Assembly (NCBI GenBank): GCA_964016885.1
Contig: OZ024741.1
Coordinates: 314,464,001 to 314,528,000 of the forward strand
Direction of reading: 5' to 3'
Length of the DNA: 64,000 nt
Source: Eledone cirrhosa
Taxonomy: Eukaryota
The notes under the pieces were generated by a model that saw only the letters and a list, made by a program, of their open reading frames with translations, made no database searches and was not told the origin of the DNA. Shown in pieces: positions 52,250 to 64,000 of the stretch (position 1 is its first letter; every line of letters begins with the position of its first letter). Made by a program: the position numbers and the translations under genes.

Positions 52250-55200
52250 TCTTGGTAGCACACAATTTTGTTGGTAAGTTTCTGTCAATTTATTTACAAT
52301 AAACAGGGGCGAAAATTTACTTTGAAATTAATTTGAAAACTGTTAAAAACTTGTAATATTTTGCCATCAGCTATGGCAAGCATACAAAGAACGCTAACGG
52401 ACGTTGAAGAAGGAAAAAGAAAAGAAGAATTATACTTCAATGTTGCTAAGAACTTTGCCTGTATCGATGTAGTTAACAACAAAATTTTGTGTAACGAAAG
52501 TGAAGTAGACAACACAAACAAAGTTGAATCGCACAGTGAACCACAGTATACAACACACACCAAAATGAACAGAAAAACAATTGACACGGTATGGGTGTGA
52601 TAGCCATCAACGTGTCCAGGATCCACAACAGGCAGCAACTAACCCCCTTCTTCGACTACTTTGAGTTCTACGCATCTCTTTGTCAGCCGGGAGGTGGAGG
52701 GGAATAGCTGTCATGTTTCGGAAGAAACTGGACGTCGAAGTACAGCAAGTACACTTGGACCCGCAGGGTAGACTGGTAGTCCTAGACGTGAACAGTATTG
52801 GAGGTGGAGCCTTCGGACTGGTAGCCGTTTATACCCCGATCGGGCAATCGTAATCACGGCCAGACTTCTTTAAGCGTCTAGAGTCTTTTCTGGGAACGTC
52901 TCGCTCCTTACTTTTAGTGGGGGACTGGAATGGTATCCTATATGCACGATGGGACAATGTGGGAGCATGTCCCAGTAGAGGGGGTGCAACAGCCTCAAAA
53001 CATTAATCGGCCAATTCCAGCTGGCCGATAGGTATCGACTGGATTTCCCTACTGCACCACCGTGGACGTGGGCAAACCGTAGCGGGACATTTAGATCGTA
53101 TTTACATAGGTTCTTCATTGGAGAAAGGGACAAGGAGATGTTAAGCTATCCAAGAATGCACATGGTTGCCTATTCAGAACACAAATTAGTTGTCTGCATA
53201 GTCAACCGTGATAGAACACATAGAGAGGGACCCGGATACTGGAAGCTGAACGTGTCGTTGCTGGCACGTAAAGTTTACAGTGAACGGATAAGTAGACTAG
53301 TCAAGCAACAGTTAACGGAAACCATCGCCAACAATAGATGGTGGTACTCTCTCAAGAAAGCAATTAGAGTAGAATCGATAGGGTTTAGCAGAGAATTAGC
53401 CTTAGAGAAAAACAAAATAGAAAGAGAACTAGTAGCCAAGGTAGATGAGGCACTTAGAAGTGGCAACGCGGCTAGAGTCTTAGCGTCGAGAATGGCACTA
53501 GACCAGTTCTTCGATGCGAAGCACGAAGGCTGCCTGGTCAGAAGCAAAACACGTGCTCTAGGAAACGAAGGAGCGAAAGCTGTCAGCTGGGCCCGAGTGG
53601 CGGTGGAAAAATGTGGCAACAAGGCCACGATTCGGTCTTTGAAATACCAAAACGGAGGCGTGCTATGAGACCCCAAGCAAATGTGCGCGGCCTTTCAGCA
53701 GCACTTTGCGCGACTGTTTGAGCAGAACAACGGTAAGCCGAACAGGGCAATGGACTTTAGTTCATACCACGACGGCCTGCCGCGTCTCTCGAACACGGAC
53801 GCCTAGTTCTGCGAAAGACCGATCGTGGACACTGAGGTATGGGACGCTCTGGGCCGCTGCGGGAGACGCAAGTAACCCGGTCTAGATGGACTACCATATT
53901 AGTTTTACATAGGCATACCGGACAAGCACCCACCATAAAAAGAAAACTTCCGGACGAACAACAAACTAAAACAACACAACAAAAACACAAACAACAATAC
54001 GCATACATCAACACAAACAAGAGTTTAATGGAGGTCATCTCCCAAAACCCTAAGGTGGAGACGGAGTGCAAAACTTTCGTCAAAGCAGAATCGTCTCCAC
54101 ACCTTGAACTTATAAGGGTTTCTATGGAGACCTATAGTGACCTGAAAAATATATGTTCGCAGAGCGCGGGCAACCCCTGCCAGAAACCCATCAACAGGGT
54201 CCTGTTAAAATGTTTCCCCACCGCACTCAACAACCCCTCCAGCACCCAAATAGAGATTGAACAACCCGATCGCCAGGAAACGAAAAGGTAAGTGCACATT
54301 TTCGTCCTTTTTCTCCAAATCTTCTCCACCAACATGTCTAGTTTACGAGTTGGAGGCGTGAATGTCCTTGGCCTAGGGATGCCCTGGAAACAGGACCAAC
54401 TTTTAAACGACCTTAGGTCATACGGTATGGATGTGATAGCCATCACCGAGTCCAGGATCCACAAGAGGCTGCAACTAACCCCCATCTTCGACGACTTTGA
54501 GATCTACGCATCTCTCTGCGAGCCAGGAGGTGGAGGGGGAGTGGCTGTCATGTTTCGGAAAAACCTGGACGTCGAAGTACAGCAAGTACACTTGGACCCG
54601 GAAGGTAGACTCGTAGTCCTAGACTAAACAGTATTGGAGGTGGAGCCTTCAGATTGGTGGCCGTTTATGCCCCGACCGGACAATCGCAATCGCGGCCAGA
54701 CTTCTTTAAGCGTCTAGAGTCTTTTCTGGGAACGTCTCGCTCCTTACTTTTAGTGGGGGACTGGAATGGTATCCTAGATGCACGATGGCACTATGTGGGA
54801 GCATGTCCCAGTAGAGGTGAGGGTTGCAACAGCCACAAAAAATCTAATCGACCAATTTCAACTGGCCGATAGGTATCGACTAGATTTCCCGACTGCACCA
54901 CAGTGGACGTGGGCAAACCGCAGCGGGGCATCTAGATCGTATTTAGATAGGTTTTTCATTAGAGAGAAGGGACAAAGAGATGTTAAGCTCTCCACAAATG
55001 CACATGGTTGCTTATTCAGACCACAAACTATTCATCTGCATAATCAAACGTGATAGAATACATAGACAAGGACCCGGATACTGGAAGCTGAACGTGTCAG
55101 TACCGACACGTAAAGCTTACAGTGAACGGATAAGTAGATTAGTTAAGCTACAATTGACGGGAGCCATCGTGAACAACAGATGGTGGTACTCCCTCAAGAA

Positions 55201-57943
55201 AGCAATTAGAGTAGAGTCGATAGACTTTAGCAGAGAGTTAGCCTTAGAGAGAAACAAAACAGAAACGGAACTAGTAGCCAAGGTAGAAGAGGCGCTTACG
55301 AATGCCAAAGTAGCTAGAGTGCTAGCAACGAGAACTGCACTGGACCTGTTCTTCGATGCGAAACACGAAGGCTGCGTGGTCAGAAGTAAATCCCGTGCTC
55401 TAGGAAACGAGGGAGCAAAAACTATTAGCTGGGCCCGAGTGGCAGAGGCGAAAAGTGGCAACAAGTCCACGATCCGGTCTTTGACAGACCAAAACGACGC
55501 GTGCTACTTGACACCAAGCGGATGTGCGCGGCTTTTCAGTGGCACTTTGCGCAACTGTTCGGGCAGAATGGCGGTGCGTTGACCGGAAATGGACTTCGGT
55601 TCATACCTCAACGGCTTGCCGCGTCTCTCGAGCATGGACACCGAGACCGATGACAGCCACTGAGATACGGGACGCTCTGGGCCGCTGCGGGAAAGGCAAA
55701 TCAACCGGTCTAGATGGTCTACCCTATGAGTTTTACATAGGCATGCCTGACTTGTTCTCTGGCAGCAAAACGAGAGAATTCCCAGTTCTGCAGGCAGGAG
55801 CGTAACAACGCTGATCAGGAAACACGAGAACAAGGGGGACGAACTAAACAACGTTAGGCCCATAACTCTGCTCAACACAGAGTTAAAGATTTTGGCCAAG
55901 GTGTTGGCAACGAGCTTGGCGCTTGTCGTCGAGAACCTCGTAGGGAAAGCGCAAACGTGTTCAATCCCGACCAGGTCCATACACGACAATCTCCACCTCA
56001 TGCGATACATCATAGAGAGTGTAGGGTGTAAACACGGCTTTGGTGGGGCTTTGATTAATTTAGATCAGTCTTAGGCGTTCAATAGGGTCGACCATCGATA
56101 CATGGAAGCGGTTCTCAAGGCGGCCGGTTTCGGACCTGTCTTCAGAGGCTGGATCACCTAATACACACCAACATATGCTTGATGGTCAAGGTGAACGGCT
56201 TCCTATCGGAGCCGTTCGCAATCACGCGTTCCATCCGACACGGATGCCGTCTAACCTCCAATCTGTAAGTACTGACTCTAGAGCCACTACTGAGGAAGCT
56301 CGAGCTGCTGCAGAGCATTCCGTTGGAACCGGGACTGCGAAAAGCGGCGTCGGGTTATGCCGACGACGTGACAGTAATGTTGGCGGAAGCATCCGAAATC
56401 GGAGCGATCGGCAACTTAATGCAGAAAAAAAGAAAGGCTCACAGGAACAAAACTGAACCCAGACAAGTCAGTCGGATTGCAGCTCGGTACGTGGAGAGGC
56501 AAACCGATGCCGTCCGACAGCGTCGTCGGACGCTGGATGGACGGACCGGTGAAATTGCTCGGGGTCTGGTTCGGTCCGGACCGGCAGGTGGAGAAAAACT
56601 GGAACGAGGTCACGGCCAACGTATTTGCGCTCACCTAGAAATGGGCAGAGTGCAAACTATCCTTGAAAGATCGAGCGGAGGTGGCGAACACATTCATAGC
56701 GTCCATCATCTACTACCGCTTGACCGTCGTGCCTTGTCCCCGTGAACACATCACGAAGATGGAACGCATGCTCTTCCAGATCCTTTGGAAGAAGCAGGCT
56801 CCACTGGTGAAGAGATCCGTCTGCTGTCAGAAACCTTCCAACGGAGGGCTGGGAATGCGTGGTTGATGTAGCGCAAGCATGCGCTGAGACTACGGCATCT
56901 ACATTTATTCCTCACCGACCCCCAACCGGTATAGGCACCGTTTGTGAGACAAGCCTTCCCGCAACTTGTCTCGCTGATGGAGCTGCAATCCTGGGTCAAG
57001 CAAAGACCGAAGAAGATGGGTGTCTGGCACATTGAATGAGCACTCACAGTCCTCTGTCAATCGGGCACGGCAATTCGACATTTTATAGAGGGTTAGTACG
57101 TCACAAGGGAGACGACGTGCCCGGAGAGACTCTAGGCGTCGAAGACGACGAACTCACCAGTCTGTTTGGTAGGATTTCCGCCCGGGACCCATGGACAACT
57201 TCCAGAGATCCCTGCTACCGAGGAGCTCTTCCAGTTCGTGACAAGATCTACATACACGGACGCCCCGGCAGGGATCCTTCCAAGAGGATGTATCAAGATG
57301 CACACTGGACATTGAAACCGTCCTGCACGCAATTGTACATTGCTCGAGCGTAACCGACCTGTGGAACTACGCGGAACAACTGCTGTCGCCTAAGGGACAA
57401 ATCCAGTTGACCGCCGAGTCCATAGTAAGGATCAAACCGCCAACCTCTTTAAAAACTGAAGATAGGCGGTTTTCCTCTGTACAGTGGCTATGGTGAAAGA
57501 GGTTATATGGTGCACAATATTGAGAGACTGAGGACAGATGCCTTTCTCTCCGAACAACAATTGTTTCCCTTCTTTAAGTATCACTTTAGAAGGAGAATCA
57601 GAGTGGAGAGAGAGGCACTGCACCCCAGTAAATTTACTGAAAGGTGGGTGAATGAAGCAAAAATGGCCCGTGTGTTTGGGCATTCTCTGTTTATAAGCCT
57701 GTAGATTAAAGAAGAGAGCAAAAAGAAGAAGGGAGCACTCGCACAATATGCTTCTGAAGTTGAGGGTTGTTCTATCGATGGGGTATTAAACAACCCATTT
57801 GTGGTGCTTTCCTCCTATTGGGGATTTCGATTGTTATAATTGTTTGTTTCAATATTTTTACACAACTGTGTGTAAAATCCCCGGCATACAAGTATGTCTT
57901 TGTATTGTCCCGTTTTCTGTCGCCCTTGTGGCAAATATGCAAT
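52250..57943 (+). mobile_element. Composite of two Tx1-like copies, degenerate, the second with RT
   Basis: An EN fragment at 52.6-53.9 kb, then an ORF1 end (to 54291) and ORF2 from 54333 with RPITLLNTELKILAKVLA, LDQS*AF and YADDVT. Same 3' end followed by (ATCT)n. Confidence 0.85.
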
Positions 57944-57969
57944 ATATCTATGTATCTATCTATCTCCAA

Positions 57970-58353
57970 CAGGAGGCTCAAACATTCGGCCCGCGAAGTA
58001 TTTTTCTGTGGCCCGTGGTAGAACCAATATTTCAGATTGCATTATCACTGATGAAAATAAGGCGGTGAGCTGGTGGAATCGTTAGCACGTCTGGAGAAAT
58101 GCTTAACGGTACTTCTTCCGTTTTTACATTCTGAGTTCAAATTCCCCTGATCTCATCTTGAATGAATTAAGTACCAGTTGTGTACTAGGATCGATGGAAT
58201 CGACTGAACCCTAAACCCCAAATGTTATGCCTTGTTCCTATAGTAGAAATGATTATAACAGGTGAAAATCTTCACCCACCACCACGTTTGGCCCACTGTG
58301 CCTCTCCTCCAGGACGTAATGGCTCTTTTGTGTCCTTGAGTTTGAGACCCCTC
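57970..58353. mobile_element. hAT-type MITE remnant with a SINE inserted
   Basis: Left end CAGGAGGCTCAAAC..GGCCCGCG and right end TTTGGCCCAC..GTTTGAGACCCCTC. A plus-strand SINE (GGTGAGCTGG..GAGTTCAAATTC) lies at about 58060-58255. Confidence 0.55.
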
Positions 58354-58399
58354 TTCTACACACACATGCACACACATATATACTTTACTTCTTTTCTGT

Positions 58400-58642
58400 C
58401 CCTAGACTATGCCCATGTTGGAACATCACCTTGGTAAGTTATGGGGACGTCAACAAACCAACAAGCATTGGTGGGAGGGCAAACACAAACGCAAAGACAC
58501 ACACAGACATATATACATATATACGACGATCTTCTTTTAGTTTCGGTCTATCAAATCCAATCACAGGGCTTTGGCCGGCTCGGGAAGTGGGACTGAACCC
58601 GGAAATATGTGGTCGGGAAGCAAGCTTCTGGTCACACTGCGC
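58400..58642 (-). mobile_element. tRNA-derived SINE, second family
   Basis: Minus strand reads GCGCAGTGTGACCAGAAGCTTGCTTCCCGACCACAT..CCGGGTTCAGTCCCAC, with A/B-box-like motifs. Confidence 0.6.
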
Positions 58643-58762
58643 ATATATATATATATAATTTCAAGTTATCAATAATGTAGTGATAATATATCGTCACGTT
58701 AGAGATGAACAGCCTACGTGTAGGTTTGCTCAACGAGTATAAATTATATTCCGGAGAAAATG

Positions 58763-59679
58763 TAGAAAAGATGAATATAAAATGAAAGTGCTTTTATAAA
58801 GGAATTTATTAGGTATTGACATATGTTTCTGTAACAGACGGAATACCTATGTATCGCTGCTCGCGTAATCATATACTGTTAGCAAGTATTCGATAGCAAA
58901 TGTATAATCAGTTGTCACTTCTTCAGAGATATTGGATAAATTGGAAAAAATCAGAAAAATCAAAGTATTTATATTAGTTGTAAGAAAGGAAGAAGAGAAG
59001 GGATAGTATATGACAGACGGCAATTCAATTTGCTGGTAAACAAGTATATAGAAGGTTTTTAATGAGAATACAATGAGTATATGGCTTATTTTATCTAAAT
59101 AAGAATTTTTGGGGTGCTTATTTTAATCTATATTTGACCAGTTGAACAATGGACAGGGCTAGTCGTTTGGTGTAGTAGTATTAATACAGCTATAAAGTGT
59201 CAAGTAAGGAAGAGAGATTTTCACTGCTACTGTATAACAACAATGCTGGTAGCCTGCTGGTATATGCATTAGGGAATTGAATTAAGAAATATTATTTTAT
59301 CTATAGCAGTTTATATTAAATGGTGATGAATAGAAGAGTTGATAGAATTAAGAGTAATAGAGAATGTTAATATGTATTTTGACAATCAAACGGAGATGGA
59401 GCCAGGTGTTCAATCCTGGTAGCGTTTGTAATATGAAAATGTAGATTTCAAGCGATGGTTTCAGTATAACGATCGCTCTATTCTGTTATTTAATAAAATA
59501 TTTTTGGATTTCAAATATCTCTGAAGAAGTGACAACTGATTATACATTTGCTATCGAATACTTGCTAACATTAAATGATTACGCAAGCAGCGATGCATAG
59601 GTATTCCGTCTGTTACAGAAACATATGTCAATACCTAATAAATTCCTGTATAAAAGCACATTCATTTTATATTCATCTT

Positions 59680-59684
<5 letters not shown>
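58763..59684. repeat. ~170-bp inverted repeat (pLTR-like) with hammerhead-like cores
   Basis: 58763-58933 is the reverse complement of 59514-59684. Each arm has CTGAAGA..GAAA-CATATG-TC. Confidence 0.85.
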
Positions 59685-59748
<64 letters not shown>

Positions 59749-59773
59749 ATATATATATTACACACACACACAC

Positions 59774-60950
59774 TTAAAATTCCCGAGATTCATGGACGAG
59801 TTCTCTCCAGCGGTCTCTGTCCCTCATTATCGCTGCCATGTCCAGTGTCTCCAACAGACCAGTGTCTGTCTTTAGGGCATCAACATACGTTAAACTTGGT
59901 CTTCCTTTTCCAATGTGTCCATGTAGGGGCTCCCACAGGGGCACTGAGTGCAATATCAACTCTGGATGTCGGTGAGTATGTCCAGCTAACCTCAGTCTCC
60001 TCTGTGTCACTTTTGAGCTGACTTTTGGGAGGCTCCCATACAGCTCTGAGATGTTTATCCTCAGTGTATACTGATTAATGTTCAGAGCCATCCCCGGCAT
60101 TCTCGTGTAGCACCCGTCCACCTTCTGAGTGAGTTTCTTGGTCAGTGTTCAAGTCTCAGACCCGTACAGCAGCACAGATTCCACTACAGCAATGAAGATG
60201 CGGATTTTCAGGTCTTTACGAAGGTCCGACTTCCACACCGATCTCAAGCTGTGGCACACCACCCAGGCCTTGCTCTTCCTCTCAACCACATCATCTTCCA
60301 TACTCCCAATTTTGCTCACAAATACAGGAAGTCCTCAACCAATTCTAGCGGCTTACCGCCTACATTAGTGATCCCGTCTGGCTTTTCAACATGCTCTATA
60401 AGATATTTTGTTTTAGTCTCATTCATTGTCAGCCCCACACTCATCGACACAGTCTCAACCTCCTGCATCAAATGCTCTGCCTCCTTCACTGTATTTGTCA
60501 CCAAAACTATGTCGTCGGCAAATTCAGCATCCGATATCTTTTTCGCCTTAACTCACCTGCTCTGAGCCGGTGCTACAGTAAAGACAGAGTCCGGTGTTTC
60601 TCCACCAGTTACATCCTGATGCTGAGGAGGATATTAGAGGGACCTAGAGCAAAGTGCCTTCTTGCGGTCATGGTTTTCATTGACTTTAAGAAGGCCTTTG
60701 ATTCTGTGGACCGTCACTGCCTGATGAAGATCTTACAGGCTTATGGAATCCCCAAGAAGATAGTGGACCTGATATCACTGCTCTACACCAACACCAAAGC
60801 TCACGTCATTACACCTGATGGGATGACAGAGTTCTTTATGATACTGGCTGGAGTGCTCCAGGAAGATACATTGGCTCCCTAACTTGTTATCATCGTAGTG
60901 GACCATTATATGCGCCTTGCACTGGAGAAACACCAAGACTCTGGCTTTAC
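59774..60950 (-). mobile_element. RTE-type LINE with inverted 5' segment
   Basis: Minus 59774-60605 reads EFADDIV..FLYL..RLRLAGH..DRDRW. Plus 60606-60950 reads [21 protein letters not shown]. Confidence 0.85.
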
Positions 60951-60965
60951 TATATATATGTATAC

Positions 60966-61091
<126 letters not shown>

Positions 61092-61196
61092 TTACACACT
61101 TAAATATAAATGCATGTATATATACAAATGTATAAATGCATAGCTATATACATACGTAAAGGTATGTATGTATATATGTATATATGTATGTATATT

Positions 61197-61286
<90 letters not shown>

Positions 61287-61289
<3 letters not shown>

Positions 61290-61510
61290 CAGGCATTGCT
61301 TTATATCTGGAGTTCTCTCTGCACTTGTCATCACATGGTACCTTCGGCCCAGCACTATTGTCAGTAATTGTCACAAGTGTAGTGTTTTTACCAGAATTTT
61401 CAAGTCGCTGGCTGGTCTGAAAAGTCACACTCGTTCACCGCATCGGTAGGGGTTCTCCTACATGGATATAAAGTAGTGGCCGTACTCGAAAACGAGTTGG
61501 CAACTACCAT
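61287..61510 (+). mobile_element. 3' end of an RTE-like LINE (C2H2-like tail)
   Basis: [24 protein letters not shown] followed by a short 3' UTR, between (TA)n tracts. Confidence 0.55.
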
Positions 61511-61554
61511 ATATATATGTATGTAGATTTATATATATATATATACGTATGTAG

Positions 61555-61617
<63 letters not shown>

Positions 61618-61753
61618 CAGAAGGGATAGTCAATTTGTTGGTAATTCAACAAATATAAATGTTTATAACTGATTCAGAGCACTCTCCAGCTTTTCTGGAG
61701 TATAATATGCAATGATATTAAATAAATGTAAATTATATTTATAAAACCATATT

Positions 61754-61814
61754 TATTCTACTATATATATTTCAAGGGTACCAACATTTTGGTACGCTAT
61801 CATCAGATAAAATA
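61754..61814 (-). ncRNA. Type I hammerhead ribozyme, apparently intact
   Basis: TATTTTAT-CTGATGA-TAGCGTACCAA/AATG/TTGGTACCCTT-GAAA-TATATATA-GTAGAATA. Same family as 28743-28808. Confidence 0.65.
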
Positions 61815-62292
61815 CGAACTGTGTTTTATAAATTTTGACAAAACCAAGCAGAATATATCTTAACGGTTCAAGTTATCCTTGGATAGTGAAGGGCTAAGAG
61901 AAGAAAAGTCAGATATTTCAAATTATTCAGATGAGTAGGAAAATGAGGTTTAGGTAAAAGGGCTGAAAAAAAGGTTATTTTAGACGCTATGGAAAATTTA
62001 AATGATTATGATATGTGTTTGTATGCGTGGGAAAGAAGAGAAAGGAAGAAGAGCTAGCAATTACGTTAATGGGGGGGTGGGTTATTTACCTATATTATGA
62101 GTTATAATATTGTATATATAATCAATTAGATTATAGGAAGAATTATGGTTGAAAGTATTTTTATCTTATTACATTACGATAGGTTATATGTATATAAATA
62201 TCTATTTATATATTAATAATTGCGTATGTATTAGTATTATACATATAGAGATAATATATAATTATTAGTTGTTTATATATAAAATATGAGTT

Positions 62293-64000
62293 ACGAAGTG
62301 TCCACCATAGTACAGATAATGGGACCCTGTCAAGGGGTTCTCCCTATCTAAAAAATCTAGATACAATGGCTTACACTTTGCTAAGTACCTCTCAAGCAGT
62401 CGTCGCACTATAAAGGGAGAATCAATGGCACTCTTCTTCTTCTTCTTCTTCTTCTTCTTCTTCTTCTTCTTCTTCTTCTTCTTCTTCTTCTTCTTGCTAA
62501 AATGGTAGTGGGTGGGGGAACCATTCCTTCCAGTGGGTTTGTCAGAAGCAACCGTCTCCAAATAATCCGGCTGGATCCCTAATCTAGACCAGATCTGCTC
62601 ATGGATGTTATGCAATCATCTTGCACGGTCTCTCTCGCTGGGCTTCCTTCCGGGTGCGTTTACCCGTAAAATCTTTGTATCGATTTTTTCGCGAGACATT
62701 TTAAACGCATGGATATAGTATCGTATCTGTAATCTCTCAATTCGGAGAAGAAACGACACTCCCTGGAAGGAAACCAGATCTCCAAGCTACGCACCCTACT
62801 GAGTAACGTTACTGAAAATACCCTTTGGAGGAACCCTATTTCTGACGCTTGTATTCACGATCATATTTGTTTGATCATTACCCAAGATTCATGACCATAA
62901 TGCGTGTGTACACGAATACCGTACTGAAGATAACCAGTTTGGATTTTTCACCTACATCCCTTCTTCCGCATTACAGCACCAGCTCCTGCAATTCTTGCGC
63001 ACTTAATTCAGCCACATGCGTTCCATCACTTGGTAACATTGCCTCAACATACTTGAATTTTTCCACCTGTTTAAGTGGAACTCCATTCATATATAGATTG
63101 CACGGCACAAGGATACCTTGAGACGACGAGTGTCTCAGTTTTCGCAGCATTGATTTTCATTCCAGCCATGCAGCACTCGACATCAAAACTACAGAGTGCA
63201 ATTCGGTGATTTTCTTCTTCGGAGTTACGGAATACCGCGTCGTCTGAAAATTCTAGCCGACTGATTTTACACTTGCCAGTCATGATACAACTTCTAGCCC
63301 GACTGCCCATGTCAATCATTTTCATATAAATAATGAACACGATAGATGAAAGACGCACTCCCAGATTGAATGGTTTCCATTTAGCACCATTTATCCAGTG
63401 GTAGCATAAATTCAAACGTCATCTTATCTACTTTGAATATCTCTCGAATTAATCATGCTATAACATTTTCAACAAATTTCATAACATGGTCCATCAACTT
63501 GATACTTCCGTACTTATTTTCTCTAGTGCATCTTCATATTCCTTGTAGACGATGACGATAACTTTGCTGCTCCAGTCATTGGGTATGACACCTTTCTTGT
63601 ACTACTTGATTAACTATATGTCCGAGAAGCACATATCCTACAATTGATTTATCTATCTCATTGCTGTCAACTTCTTAGCTGATCCCTTAGTCAGATATAC
63701 ATGTGGTAAGCCCTTACTGTCCCATTTATTCTCTTCGTTCAGTAGTCTCTCATATTAAGTACTTCTTTTCGGTATAAGACAAGGTGGGTGTTCCACTGCC
63801 ATTTCGACCATTTCACGATTTTCTCTAGCACACTCTCTTGCAATACTTTATACATCCTTCAACTGATCTTCGCGACGAAGAACATGAGCAACTGTTTTTC
63901 TCCCTCTGCCCTTGCTAGGTATACCTAATTAAACCTAGTTAAGGAGATAATGGATGTAAGGGCGGGTAGGAAGACTTGACAAAAGAAAGACAGGCGTCAA
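62293..64000 (-). repeat. Inverted paralog of 20858-22712 (nested RTE composite)
   Basis: Same composite, including the (GAA)n-SAIDSPFIVRRLLERYLAKCKPLYLDFLDRENPLTGSH junction and the non-RTE flank CTCCTTAACTAGGTTTAA. Confidence 0.9.

Overview
AT-rich, microsatellite-dense metazoan genomic DNA. The SINE families and repeat landscape look like octopus/cephalopod, which is an inference from remembered repeat consensus. Most of the window is decayed retrotransposons: Penelope-like (RT, GIY-YIG and hammerhead motifs), R4/Dong-like and CRE-like RLE LINEs, RTE and Tx1/L1. SINEs, a small Helitron and a hAT-type MITE are also present. Hidden among them is a spliced minus-strand gene. It has a 64-nt signal-peptide exon (24677-24740), five intact and one degenerate symmetric phase-1 exons each encoding an 8-Cys laminin/MEGF-type EGF repeat (3020-13043), and two duplicated candidate 'GLE-stop' terminal exons. 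The model predicts a small secreted EGF-only protein. An inverted segmental duplication (about 20.9-26.8 kb versus 40.9-44.6 kb plus 62.3-64 kb) created a divergently oriented plus-strand paralog whose signal-peptide exon is at 42853-42916. Other notable patterns are retroelements each sitting in its own microsatellite (R4-like in (CATA)n, Tx1-like in (ATCT)n), an in-frame RT-deleted Tx1 copy, a twin-priming-type RTE inversion, several hammerhead ribozyme variants, and a 630-bp tandem repeat. All coordinates were read by eye; exon boundaries were counted base by base, TE boundaries are approximate.
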